Positions 48,405-57,340 of a stretch of DNA of 64,000 nt are shown in pieces. Below the pieces are notes generated by a model. It saw only the letters and a list, made by a program, of their open reading frames with translations. It was not told the DNA's origin and ran no database searches. Source of the DNA: Opitutia bacterium (lineage in GTDB: Bacteria; Verrucomicrobiota; Verrucomicrobiia; Opitutales; Opitutaceae); NCBI GenBank assembly GCA_947478395.1, contig CANJVR010000001.1:480001-544000 (forward strand). The letters run 5' to 3'. A program made the position numbers and the translations under genes. How positions within the stretch are numbered: position 1 is the stretch's first letter; every line of letters starts with the position of its first letter.

Positions 48405-51071
48405 CTACACCTTCGCCGCCGAATCCGTCCAGGCGTAGCCGTTGACCGGAAGCCCCACCGCCGCGAAGTGCTTCTTGCCGCACGCGATTTTCTGCCGCTC
48501 GTCCGCGTCGAGTTCTTCCAAGCGGGTCGCTCCTTTGGTTTCGCGCACGAGATAAAGGCGCGGCGGCTCGCCGGGCACTTCCTTCACAATCGCCCAGTCC
48601 GGATTGTAGGTGCCGACCGGCGTCTCCACTTGGAACCACCAGGGCAACTTCACAAAAAGCTTCACGTCCTGCCGCGCTTCCAGATCTTGCGCGAATTTGC
48701 GCTCCACTTCGGAATCGCACTCCACGCCGTCGTATAAACCGGCGCGGGGCGTCGTTTGCACGCGCGCGAGGTAGGGCTCCAGCTCCTTGTCGCGGAACCA
48801 CATCATTTCCCACGCGGCATCCGTGCCGCCGAGGCGCTCGTATTGCACGCCTTCAACCAGCAGGGCGCGTTTCTTCATCTCGATTTCGGAGGCGGCGATT
48901 TCGATCAGCCGTTGGGGATTGATCGCTGCCTCGTGGAGTCGGCCGCTCTCGCGCAAGATGGCGGCGAGCGTGGTGCGGGTGAGTTCGGTGCGGCGTTGCA
49001 GCTCGGTGAGGAAATCCGGCAGCGCCACCGGTGCCGCCACGCGGCCCGCGTCGTAAGTGCTGTGCACTTCCTCCACGACACCGTCGCGCGTGGGCTGGAT
49101 GGCCGCGCTCGCCACCGTGATGCGCCCGGCCTCGATCGTCTCGGGCCGCGCCCGAATTGCCGCCGCCGCCTCGGTTATAAGGCGCGGCGTCGCGTAGGTG
49201 ACGGCGTAGCGGGTGCGGTGTTTGATGCGCTCCCACAGGGCGAGAAACTCCGGGTCGGCGTCCCAGCCTTTGCGCAGTTTTAGCTTTTTGCGCTTCCGGG
49301 CGTTGTTGATGAGTCGCGCGTTGAAACGCACCCCGGCGTCCTCGAACTCGGCTTGCAGGCCGCGCGCGAAATCCTCGAAGGCTTCGCTCGCGATGAGCGT
49401 GAGCCGGTTGAGCGCGGCGTCGTGGCAACGCGTGCCGTCCTCGCGCACCGGCAGGCGCAGGCCGCGGCCGATGGTCTGGCGGCGTTCGCGCTCGGTGCCC
49501 ATCTCGCGCAGGGAGCAAATTTGAAACACGTTGGGGTTGTCCCAGCCTTCGCGCAGCGCCGAGTGGCTGAAGATGAACCGCACCGGCTCCTCCGCCGAGA
49601 GCAGGCGCTCTTTGCCGCGCATGATGAGCGCGAAAGCCTCGTCGTCGGCCTGCGTGCTTTTCTCCTTCGAGTCCACCGCTTGGCCCGCGCGTTCGGCGAA
49701 GTAGCCTTTATGCACCTGTGCCACTGGCGGCAGCGCGAGCGTGGAAAACTCCGGCGACACGCGCAGCGCCTCGTATTCGGCCTCGAACCACACGCGCACC
49801 TTGCCCTCCGCTTCCGCGTAGTGGGCCACGCGGTCGAGGAAGAAGAGCGACAACACTTTCATGCGCTGGCCGGCCGGGAGCTTCGCGATGGCCAGTTCCT
49901 TTTCAAAATGCCGGCGAATGGTCTGCCGCACTTGCACGCGCTGGATCGCGTCGTCGAGCGCGCCGCTGCCTTCGCCGAGGCCGAGGGAAAACTGGCCGAG
50001 GTCGATACGTTCGCGCCCCGGTTGGGCGTCGATGCCACGCACGAGCAGGCCGGCGTAGAGGGCGCGGTTGGCCTTGGCGGCGAGGTCGTCGCCGTGCTTC
50101 ACCGTCACGTCCTTGCGCTCGATGCCCTTCGCCGTCTGCACGTCGAGTTCCAGCTTGGCGGTGATGCCGCGCGCGCCGGGGATCGCTTTCTTGAACCGCA
50201 CGTAGGGTCGGTTGAAATCCCCCTCTTCGCGCACGCTGTCCACCTCGATGGCTTTCACGAGGCGCAGCTCGAAGGCGCGCACCGGGTCGAGTTGGTAAAC
50301 CAGATTGTAGGCGTATTTGTGGGTGGCGGAGTAGCGCAGCGTGCAGAGCGGATCGAGGCTGGCGATGGCGGCGCGGGCGCCTTCGCTTTCCAGATTCTGC
50401 GGCTCATCAAGGACGACCACGGGACGCGCCGCTTGCAGGAACTCGATGGGGCGTTGGCCGCCGAGGCGGTCGTGCGGGTTGTTGAGGATGTTCGACGCCT
50501 TGTCGAAGGCCTGGATGTTGAGCACCAGAATCTGCAGGCCGGGGCTGGTGTGAAAATGCCGGAGGCGGGAGACCTGCGCCGAATCGTAAACCCACGCCTC
50601 CAGCGGCGCGTTGTCGTAGAGCGCGCGGAAGTGATCCCGCATGAGGTCGATGCTCGTCATCACGCCTTCGCGGATGGCCACGCTGGGCACGACGACGATG
50701 AACTTGCGCCAACCGTAGCGGGCGTGGAGTTCGAGGATGGTGCGCAGGTAAACGTAGGTTTTGCCCGTGCCGGTCTCCATCTCGACCGAGAAGTGCGACC
50801 CGGCCCACGGTGTCTCGGCCAGTTCGGCGCGAGCCGTGTCGGCATGGGTGGCGAAGGTGCGGGCCTGCACCGCGCGGAGGTTGGCCTCCAGCCGAGTGGT
50901 ATCGAGATCGAGCCGGTTGCCCGCGCCCAGCTCGGTGATGAGTTGATCAACCGCTGCCAGCGGCTGCGCCTCAAACGCCCCGCCCGCCGGGCGCTGGCCG
51001 TCGAAGAGCTCGACCACGGCGCGGATGGCGTCGGCTTGGAAGGCTTGCGAGGGGTCGAACTGGATTTTCAT
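48405..51071 (-). CDS. res: Type III restriction enzyme Res subunit
   Basis: EMETGTGKT, LDEPQ, LRYSATH, FIFSHSALREGWDNPNVFQIC, QTIGRGLR, nuclease YNPDW...ETKG; start overlaps the RhuM stop (ATGA). Confidence 0.93.
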   Translation of the reverse strand: MKIQFDPSQAFQADAIRAVVELFDGQRPAGGAFEAQPLAAVDQLITELGAGNRLDLDTTRLEANLRAVQARTFATHADTARAELAETPWAGSHFSVEMETGTGKTYVYLRTILELHARYGWRKFIVVVPSVAIREGVMTSIDLMRDHFRALYDNAPLEAWVYDSAQVSRLRHFHTSPGLQILVLNIQAFDKASNILNNPHDRLGGQRPIEFLQAARPVVVLDEPQNLESEGARAAIASLDPLCTLRYSATHKYAYNLVYQLDPVRAFELRLVKAIEVDSVREEGDFNRPYVRFKKAIPGARGITAKLELDVQTAKGIERKDVTVKHGDDLAAKANRALYAGLLVRGIDAQPGRERIDLGQFSLGLGEGSGALDDAIQRVQVRQTIRRHFEKELAIAKLPAGQRMKVLSLFFLDRVAHYAEAEGKVRVWFEAEYEALRVSPEFSTLALPPVAQVHKGYFAERAGQAVDSKEKSTQADDEAFALIMRGKERLLSAEEPVRFIFSHSALREGWDNPNVFQICSLREMGTERERRQTIGRGLRLPVREDGTRCHDAALNRLTLIASEAFEDFARGLQAEFEDAGVRFNARLINNARKRKKLKLRKGWDADPEFLALWERIKHRTRYAVTYATPRLITEAAAAIRARPETIEAGRITVASAAIQPTRDGVVEEVHSTYDAGRVAAPVALPDFLTELQRRTELTRTTLAAILRESGRLHEAAINPQRLIEIAASEIEMKKRALLVEGVQYERLGGTDAAWEMMWFRDKELEPYLARVQTTPRAGLYDGVECDSEVERKFAQDLEARQDVKLFVKLPWWFQVETPVGTYNPDWAIVKEVPGEPPRLYLVRETKGATRLEELDADERQKIACGKKHFAAVGLPVNGYAWTDSAAKV

Positions 51072-52126
51072 GCGGCGGGGTCTTCGTCGGGCTTGCCGGG
51101 TTTCTTGGGCGGCAAGCGCTCGGCCTTCTTCAAGCGGCGCACGTGCTCCTCGAAATCTTTTTCCACCGGCGTCAATTCCGCCCCCGCAGCAAGCTGGCGC
51201 TGGCGGTATTTCTGCCACTCCCGTGCGGCCAGTTCTTGCGCGAGCTGGGCCGAAACCTTGCCGAGCCCGGGAAGGATGTCGCGGTCGTTGACCGTGAGGA
51301 AGGCATCGAGCTTCCGGTTCCAGTCCGCCATGCGCATGGTCTTCTTCGACATGGCTTGGAGTTCGCCGAAATCGATGAACTGCGAGACGAGGCGCTCCAG
51401 GATTTCCAGCTCCTCCTTGGTGAGGTAGTTTTTGGCCACGCCCACGTCTTCACGACGCGGTTTGGGGCCCTTCCACGTCATCAGCCCGGCGTAGGGTTTT
51501 TCGGCGCTGACGCGCTCGGCGATCAACTCGGCGGCGGTGTGCCCGTGCGTCGCCCAGTGGAGCTTGTTTTGCACGCGGGCGAAGAAGTGATCCGCCTCGG
51601 CCGTCTTACGGTCGTAGTCCACGCTGGTGGAAAACAGATCGAGCACCTTTTGATAAAACACCCGCTCTTCGAGCCGGATCGCCCGGATGCGCCGGAGCAA
51701 CTCCTCGAAGTAAGGGTTGCCCTGCTTCATGCGTTCATCGTCCAAGGCAAACCCCTTGAGGATATACTCGCGCAGGGTCTTGGTCGCCCAGATGCGGAAC
51801 TGCGTGCCGCGCGGCGACTTTACCCGGTAGCCCACCGAGATGATGACATCGAGGTTGTAGAACTCGATCTTGCGCAGCACCTCGCGCCCGCCCTCGGTTT
51901 GAACTGTTGCAAATTCTGCAACAGTTCCCGCCTGCTCCAACTCCTTCTCTTCGTAAACATTACTGATGTGGCGGGAGATCACAGACTTATCACGGTCAAA
52001 CAACTCCGCCAGCTGGTTAAGGCTCAGCCACACCGTGTCGCCTTGGAGAACGACATCCACCTTCACCGCGCCGTCTTCGGAGCGGTAAAAAATGATTTGG
52101 GATTCGGGGGGCGGTTGGTCGGGCAT
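51068..52126 (-). CDS. RhuM family protein
   Basis: VWLSLNQLAELF, YNLDVIISVGYRVKS, FRIWATKTL, VQNKLHWATHGHTAAELI, AKNYL. Confidence 0.9.
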   Translation of the reverse strand: MPDQPPPESQIIFYRSEDGAVKVDVVLQGDTVWLSLNQLAELFDRDKSVISRHISNVYEEKELEQAGTVAEFATVQTEGGREVLRKIEFYNLDVIISVGYRVKSPRGTQFRIWATKTLREYILKGFALDDERMKQGNPYFEELLRRIRAIRLEERVFYQKVLDLFSTSVDYDRKTAEADHFFARVQNKLHWATHGHTAAELIAERVSAEKPYAGLMTWKGPKPRREDVGVAKNYLTKEELEILERLVSQFIDFGELQAMSKKTMRMADWNRKLDAFLTVNDRDILPGLGKVSAQLAQELAAREWQKYRQRQLAAGAELTPVEKDFEEHVRRLKKAERLPPKKPGKPDEDPAA

Positions 52127-52138
52127 GGTGGCGAGCGC

Positions 52139-54040
52139 TTACACCGTTTGGAACTGGATGCCGTGGCTTTTCATTTCGAGCACGGTGTTCGTCTTGAGCT
52201 CGTCGTTGCCGTGGAAACCCACGTCGAGGCAGAGCACGCGCTTGGGCGCGAGGGCGATGACGCCGCGCAAGCCTTCGCGGGTGAGCGTGCGGCCGAGGCA
52301 GATGACGAGTGCGCCCGCCGCGAGCAGGTGAACGGGCTGACCCGCCACGGTGCGCACCTCCACCGGCGAGCCGAGGGTGATGCCGGGGTGGCCGCACTTG
52401 AGGAGGATCTCCGCGAGGAGGTCTTCATCGCTGCGGCCGTCGTGGACGTTGTGGGCCATGAGTTCGAGCTGCCGGGCGAGCCCCTCGCCGTCGCGCGGCG
52501 CGGCCTCGCCGTCCCACACTTTGAAGTTGGACTCGTCGAGACGGTAGGCACGAAAACCCTCGGCGCGGGTGCCGCCGGTGGCGAGGTCGGCCTGGCGGCG
52601 TGCGATCACCCGGCGCACGCGCTCGCGGGTGATGTCGGCGATGGTCGGGAAATCGGTGCGCCCGGTTTTTTCGGGGAGCTGCACGAGGATGAATTTGCGG
52701 TCGCCGCCGTCCTGGCGGTTCAGCTCCAAAACGGCCTGCGCCGTCGTGCCGCTGCCGCCGAAGAAATCGAGGATCAGGTCGTCGGGTTTGCCGAGCTGAA
52801 GCAAAGTTTGAAGTAGCGCCACAGGCTTTGGCGCTTGGAACAGACCCGGCTTCACCAAATCATCGAAAACTGCCTGACCCTTCTCGGTGTGGAAGTCTCG
52901 GTCGATGAAAATGGTTTTAAGCTTTTTGCGCACGACTTCTCCATCGGCGTTAACTGGTCTTGCTTTGCGATATACCTTCCATCGCCCGTTTACCTGCCGA
53001 GCGTAAAGGTCGGCGCTTTCGGATTTCACTTTTGGCTCACCCCATGTCCAGCAACCTTCAAACCCGTCTTCCCACTTGGGCCAAATTTCAATGGGAGTTT
53101 CACTGCTGTGCTCTAACGAAACTTTGCCCGTGCTGGGGTTCGCGAAAATAGCATACCAAAGTTTGCGACGATTATGTCGGCCAAACTGACGATGCGTATT
53201 GCGCAATTCTAGAGAGCGGAAGGCTCCCTTCTCGTCGAACTCATCGAACTCATCGCGGATTTGATCGGCTGATTTCTCCACTCCTAAATCCTCTTCGAGA
53301 TACCCCTTGGAATATATGAGAACTAAATCATGGGTTCGTGCGAAATGAGGATCCAGGACACGACCTTTGGGGTTGGTTTGAACCGTTACCTGCGCCACGA
53401 AATTCTCCTCCCCGAACACCTCGTCCATGAGCAGGCGGAGGTTGTGGACCTCGTGGTCGTCGATGGAGACGAAGATGACGCCGTCGTCGCGCAGGAGATT
53501 GCGGGCGAGGGCGAGGCGCGGGTGCATGAGCTTCAGCCAATCGCTGTGGTAGCGGCCGCTGGTCTCGGCATTGGTCGAGAGCGTTTGCCCGGTGATTTCT
53601 TTGTAGTGGGCCACGCCGGCGCGGAAATCGTCGGGGTAAACGAAGTCGTTACCGGTGTTATACGGCGGGTCGATGTAGATGAGTTTCACCGCGCCGGCGT
53701 AGGCCGACTGGAGCAGTTTGAGGACGTGCAGGTTGTCGCCCTCGATGATGAGGTTTTCCGTCGCATCCCACGCGACCGAGGCGGCGGCATCGGGTCGCAA
53801 GGTGCCGTGACTGGGGGCGAGCGTCTCGCGCAGGGCCTCGGCGCGACCGGCGTAGGAGAGCCCGTAGCGTTCGGGCGAGGACGATACGGCGGCGGCGCCA
53901 ACCAGCTCGGCGAGGCGGGCGGGCACGAGTTTACCCTCGGCAAAAGCGCCGGGCAGAAGCTCGCGAAGACGAGCGAGGCGCTCGGCGGCGAGATCGGGTG
54001 AAGTGAGGGGCAGGCGCGCGGGCTTGGCAGAGTCACTCAT
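52139..54040 (-). CDS. mod: Type III R-M Mod subunit (amino-methyltransferase, probably N6-adenine)
   Basis: IEGDNL, IYIDPPYNTG, PKPV, LDFFGGSGTTA in beta-class order; upstream of res. Confidence 0.93.
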   Translation of the reverse strand: MSDSAKPARLPLTSPDLAAERLARLRELLPGAFAEGKLVPARLAELVGAAAVSSSPERYGLSYAGRAEALRETLAPSHGTLRPDAAASVAWDATENLIIEGDNLHVLKLLQSAYAGAVKLIYIDPPYNTGNDFVYPDDFRAGVAHYKEITGQTLSTNAETSGRYHSDWLKLMHPRLALARNLLRDDGVIFVSIDDHEVHNLRLLMDEVFGEENFVAQVTVQTNPKGRVLDPHFARTHDLVLIYSKGYLEEDLGVEKSADQIRDEFDEFDEKGAFRSLELRNTHRQFGRHNRRKLWYAIFANPSTGKVSLEHSSETPIEIWPKWEDGFEGCWTWGEPKVKSESADLYARQVNGRWKVYRKARPVNADGEVVRKKLKTIFIDRDFHTEKGQAVFDDLVKPGLFQAPKPVALLQTLLQLGKPDDLILDFFGGSGTTAQAVLELNRQDGGDRKFILVQLPEKTGRTDFPTIADITRERVRRVIARRQADLATGGTRAEGFRAYRLDESNFKVWDGEAAPRDGEGLARQLELMAHNVHDGRSDEDLLAEILLKCGHPGITLGSPVEVRTVAGQPVHLLAAGALVICLGRTLTREGLRGVIALAPKRVLCLDVGFHGNDELKTNTVLEMKSHGIQFQTV

Positions 54041-54144
54041 TTGTAAAAGCCGATAAAACAGACGGATGACCGAGGCCGTCAACGCTGCGCGCGGGCGAAT
54101 TTGCCGATGCATCAAAACGCGCGTGAATGGCGGTCGTTGCATCG

Positions 54145-54950
54145 CGCCGGGGGCTAGGCCCGGCGCAAGGCCGGAGCGGGAGCGCAGGCCGGGCGCTTCG
54201 CGACGGCGGCGGAGATCCGCGCTAGCGGGTCGGAGACGACGCCGCGAGGCGTAGGGGCAACCCCGACTAAGTCGGGGGCGCAGCCGCGACGTGTCGAGGC
54301 GGAGTGCCGGGGCGCGGGGGGCGGAGGAAGCGCCTTTTCACGCCGGAACGGTCGGCGTCGGCTCGGAGCGCAGCTCTTAGGCGTAGCGGAGAGGCGACGG
54401 CGTCCGTGGAGGCGTTTCGATCAGGACGTGGAATGTGGGTGACCGCGCGCAGCGCCGCCCCGGCCTGACCGGGGCGAGCGCGCGGGCACCGCGAGAGCCG
54501 GGCCATGCGGACCCGGCCGTAGGTCGCGCCAGCGACCGGAGCCGCAGGCCGAGACGTGAGCGCAGCGAACGCGAGCGGGCACGCCGACCCGCCGCCACGG
54601 CGCAGAGCGTGAGCGAACGCCGTGGTTTGCGCGGCGGTTGAGGCGAGCCCGGTAGCCTGCCGGGCGCAGCGGGGTCCCCGCCGGTCTGAACAGGACGGGC
54701 GCGACTCAGGCGTCGGGAGCGTAGCGGACGACGGCTGTGACGCGACGGCGCGGGCCCACGGAGCGCCGCTTCGCGCGGGCCACTGCACCGCGCAGGCCGT
54801 CCCCGGCGGGGTTGCACTCCAGAGGACGGAGCGGCTTGGCCCGGAGCGCGCGAGCGCGGAGGGCTGGGCGGGCCGGAGGCGCGACCACCGCGGAGGAGCA
54901 AGCAGACGGCGTGACAGGCCGGAGGCTCGGCGCAGGGCTGGCGCGACGTG
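54145..54950 (+). other. Non-coding, hairpin-dense region with strand-biased GCG(C/T)AGC mini-hairpins (putative single-strand origin/primosome site or structured RNA)
   Basis: Seven GCGYAGC on + strand in 54278-54725 and many adjacent stem-loops; overlapping ORFs are low-complexity R/A/P/G. Confidence 0.55.
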
Positions 54951-54999
54951 TGCCGCTTGGTTGATTGGGCGGTTTTTCGCGGGCGATTTCGACTCGCCG

Positions 55000-55195
55000 A
55001 ATACCACCGCGTGTCCCACCGGAATACCACCCGGTATCCCGTCCCCTAGCACCTGGGACACGAACCCGGGTGCTAGACCGGGACATATCCCGGGATCTAT
55101 TCTTCTAAAGAAGAAGGGGGAGAGCATCGCTATCGCTCTCCCCACTTCTTTCGGCGGGACAGACAAACCGCGCGGCGTCGAGGTCGGTGTCCCAG
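55000..55195 (+). repeat. Origin-like module 1: GGGAYA/TRTCCC repeats + 21-bp core + hairpin
   Basis: Core CTATTCTTCTAAAGAAGAAGG at 55097-55117; repeats at 55011, 55034, 55055, 55080, 55085, 55187. Confidence 0.8.
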
Positions 55196-55233
55196 GCGGC
55201 GGCATGGCGTGGGTTGCGCCGTGTGCGCGCCCG

Positions 55234-55380
55234 GAGTCACCTGACACTAAGCGTCACTTTTGCCGAGGTGACGCTAAGGGCGACACTAGCGACTGACACT
55301 ATTCTTCTAAAGAAGAAGGGAGCGAGCTACGCTATCGCTCGCCTCCCTTCTTTCGACGGGACGGAGCCGAGCCGCGCGCG
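55234..55380 (+). repeat. Origin-like module 2: YGACRCT repeats + 21-bp core + hairpin
   Basis: Core at 55299-55319; repeats at 55242, 55250 (inverted), 55269, 55281, 55294. Confidence 0.8.
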
Positions 55381-55816
55381 TCGTGCGGAGTGGTTGGCTA
55401 CGTTGTGGCGCGAGGTGGCGCGGCGCGACGTGGTTGGCCTTGGGTAACCCACGAAGGACGGCGAGGCGGCGTGGGTGACGAAACGAGGTAGGGCGCAAAC
55501 TGCACCTGTCTTCACCTGCTTGCATCTAGCTACTCAATAGCGTTTTGCGGGCGATTTAAGCCGTCGATTTCGAGGCGGGCGGCGTTGCGGCAACCATGTA
55601 TCCCCTGCCTCCTTTGCGTGGCGTAAAACGAACGCGCGGGCCATTGGGCGCGATTCTGGAAGCCGGGTTGCGGGCGCGATTCGTTGCGTCGGTTTGAGGG
55701 TTGGGTGGCAGGCGTCGCGGTGCACCACGGCGGGTGCGTGGTGGGGTTTGCGCGGTGTGTGCGACGGGACGCGGCATGGGGGCGGCGTGGCCTGGCTGGG
55801 TCATGAACCACGGCGG

Positions 55817-56022
55817 CGCGCGCGGCTTTTCCGTTTGCCCGTCGAAAGAAGGTGGGGGAGGAGCAAAGCGATCTCCTCCCCACCTTCTTCTTTAGAAGAA
55901 TAGCACCAGGTGCTGCACCAGTCTTAGCACCACCCCCATTTCACTGGTGCTTAGAACTGGGGTGGTGCCGGGAAAAACCACCTCGGCGCCACCCTGGTGC
56001 TCGCGGTGGTGCCGGGTGGCGC
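55817..56022 (-). repeat. Origin-like module 3 (inverted): TGGTGC/GCACCA repeats + 21-bp core + hairpin
   Basis: Reverse-complement core at 55883-55903; repeats at 55903, 55915, 55927, 55945, 55963, 55995, 56007. Confidence 0.8.
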
Positions 56023-56028
56023 GGGAGG

Positions 56029-57276
56029 TCACGCCGCCCGCGAAAGCGGCGCGGTTTCGGCAGAGCGGTCACACGTGACCGGATCGACGTGGGCGGCTGC
56101 GGGTTGGACGTGCATGGCGGGCGCGGTCGAGGCGGGGACGATGTTGAAAAACGCCTCGGCTTCGGCGGGCGTTTTTAGGTCGAGGTAGTGTTTGCGGATG
56201 ATCGACTCGGAGTTGCCCGCCTGGAGCGCGGCCTCGCCCATCGAACGATACTTGGCGACGTGCATCGAGATGAACGTGTGCCGCATGATGTCGTGCGAGA
56301 GCGTGAACTTTTCCGCGACGGCGGCGCGGGTGTGTTGCAGGTTGGCGGGGATGATCGGGAAGCGGTCGAGCGGGTAAGCGCGGAGCCACGCGGCGAGGTT
56401 GGGCTGGATGGTGACGGCGCGTTTCATGCGGACTTTCGAGACCTCGGGTTCGATGAGGATGACGCCGGTATCAAGGCGCACGTGTTCGGGGCGGAGTTTG
56501 AGGATCTCCCCCGTGCGCACGCAGGGGCGGATTCCTGCGAAGAGGGCGAGGGCGAAGAACGGCACGAGCGAGCCGCCGTCGATCTGTTCAACGTGGTGCA
56601 TGAGTGCGGTGGCTTGCGCGGCGCTGAGCGTGGTCGCGGAGCCGCGCCGGTGGGCGATGCGGAGGTGGGGGACTTTTTCGAGGGGGTTGGCGGCGACCCA
56701 GTCTTGGCAGAACGCGAATTTGAAGAACGTGAAGAGCACGCCGCGACGGTTGTTAAACGTCTTGGGCTTCGGGTTGCCCAGCTGGCAATGCGCGGCAAGG
56801 GCTTCGCGGGAGAGCGTGGAGAGCGGCTGGCCGGGGAAGGCGGAGACGAGGTTTTCCAGGCGGATGCGGATGTCCTTGAGTTGGCAGGTGGAGAGCATGC
56901 CTTGCGCCTCCTCTTTTTTCTTGGACGCGAGATAAGCGGTGACGGCGGCATCGACGGTGATCTCGCGCTCGGGGGCGCGGTAGTTGGCGAGGGCGTAGTC
57001 GAGGTAGAACGCGAGGGGCTTGGGCGCGTCGGCGAGGCGGCGAAACGCGGCCTCGGATTGGCGGAGCTGGTCGTCGGTGAGGAAGGTGGAGGCGCTGCGG
57101 ACGTTGCTGGCGGCTTGCGCGGCCTTGGCTTCGAGGGCGGCGCGTTCGGCTCCGGCCTCCTCGCGGGTTTTGAAGTTCCGGCGGATGCGGAGGCCGTGAA
57201 GACGGCCATCGACTCGCCAAGAGGTGACGCCGTTGCGGTTGAGAAACCGGGTAACGGTGAATGCGGACTGCGGCAT
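56029..57276 (-). CDS. int: Tyrosine recombinase / site-specific integrase
   Basis: AGIRP (R), SKV (K), HDIMRHT (HxxR), KHY (Y); N-terminal arm-binding-like domain; next to the tRNA att. Confidence 0.9.
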   Translation of the reverse strand: MPQSAFTVTRFLNRNGVTSWRVDGRLHGLRIRRNFKTREEAGAERAALEAKAAQAASNVRSASTFLTDDQLRQSEAAFRRLADAPKPLAFYLDYALANYRAPEREITVDAAVTAYLASKKKEEAQGMLSTCQLKDIRIRLENLVSAFPGQPLSTLSREALAAHCQLGNPKPKTFNNRRGVLFTFFKFAFCQDWVAANPLEKVPHLRIAHRRGSATTLSAAQATALMHHVEQIDGGSLVPFFALALFAGIRPCVRTGEILKLRPEHVRLDTGVILIEPEVSKVRMKRAVTIQPNLAAWLRAYPLDRFPIIPANLQHTRAAVAEKFTLSHDIMRHTFISMHVAKYRSMGEAALQAGNSESIIRKHYLDLKTPAEAEAFFNIVPASTAPAMHVQPAAAHVDPVTCDRSAETAPLSRAA

Positions 57277-57315
57277 GTGTTAGGTTGCCACGTCAACTGG
57301 GCAACCTAGCGGGCG

Positions 57316-57339
57316 AAAACTCCTCGTCAGAGGAGAAAA
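57316..57339 (-). terminator. Short hairpin with T-run downstream of tRNA-Ser, supplied by the island
   Basis: Minus strand CTCCTC-TGAC-GAGGAG-TTTT. Confidence 0.5.
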
Positions 57340-57340
57340 C

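Noticed and set aside
49353..52816. Long + strand ORFs (691 aa, 557 aa) opposite the R-M genes
   Set aside because: Antisense shadows typical of high-GC coding DNA; no motifs. The same applies to most overlapping ORFs in the track
53400..54100. Phase-variable simple sequence repeat in mod (phasevarion)
   Set aside because: No tandem SSR tract seen in the 5' part of mod or upstream
54267..55903. ORFs of 60-326 aa across the island non-coding block, including a recurring ILLKKK peptide
   Set aside because: Low-complexity R/A/P/G translations in conflicting frames; ILLKKK is just the translated 21-bp DNA core, although descent from rep-gene internal origins is not excluded
55097..55903. CRISPR array
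   Set aside because: Only three repeats, irregular spacing (about 200 and 580 bp), one inverted, and no cas genes
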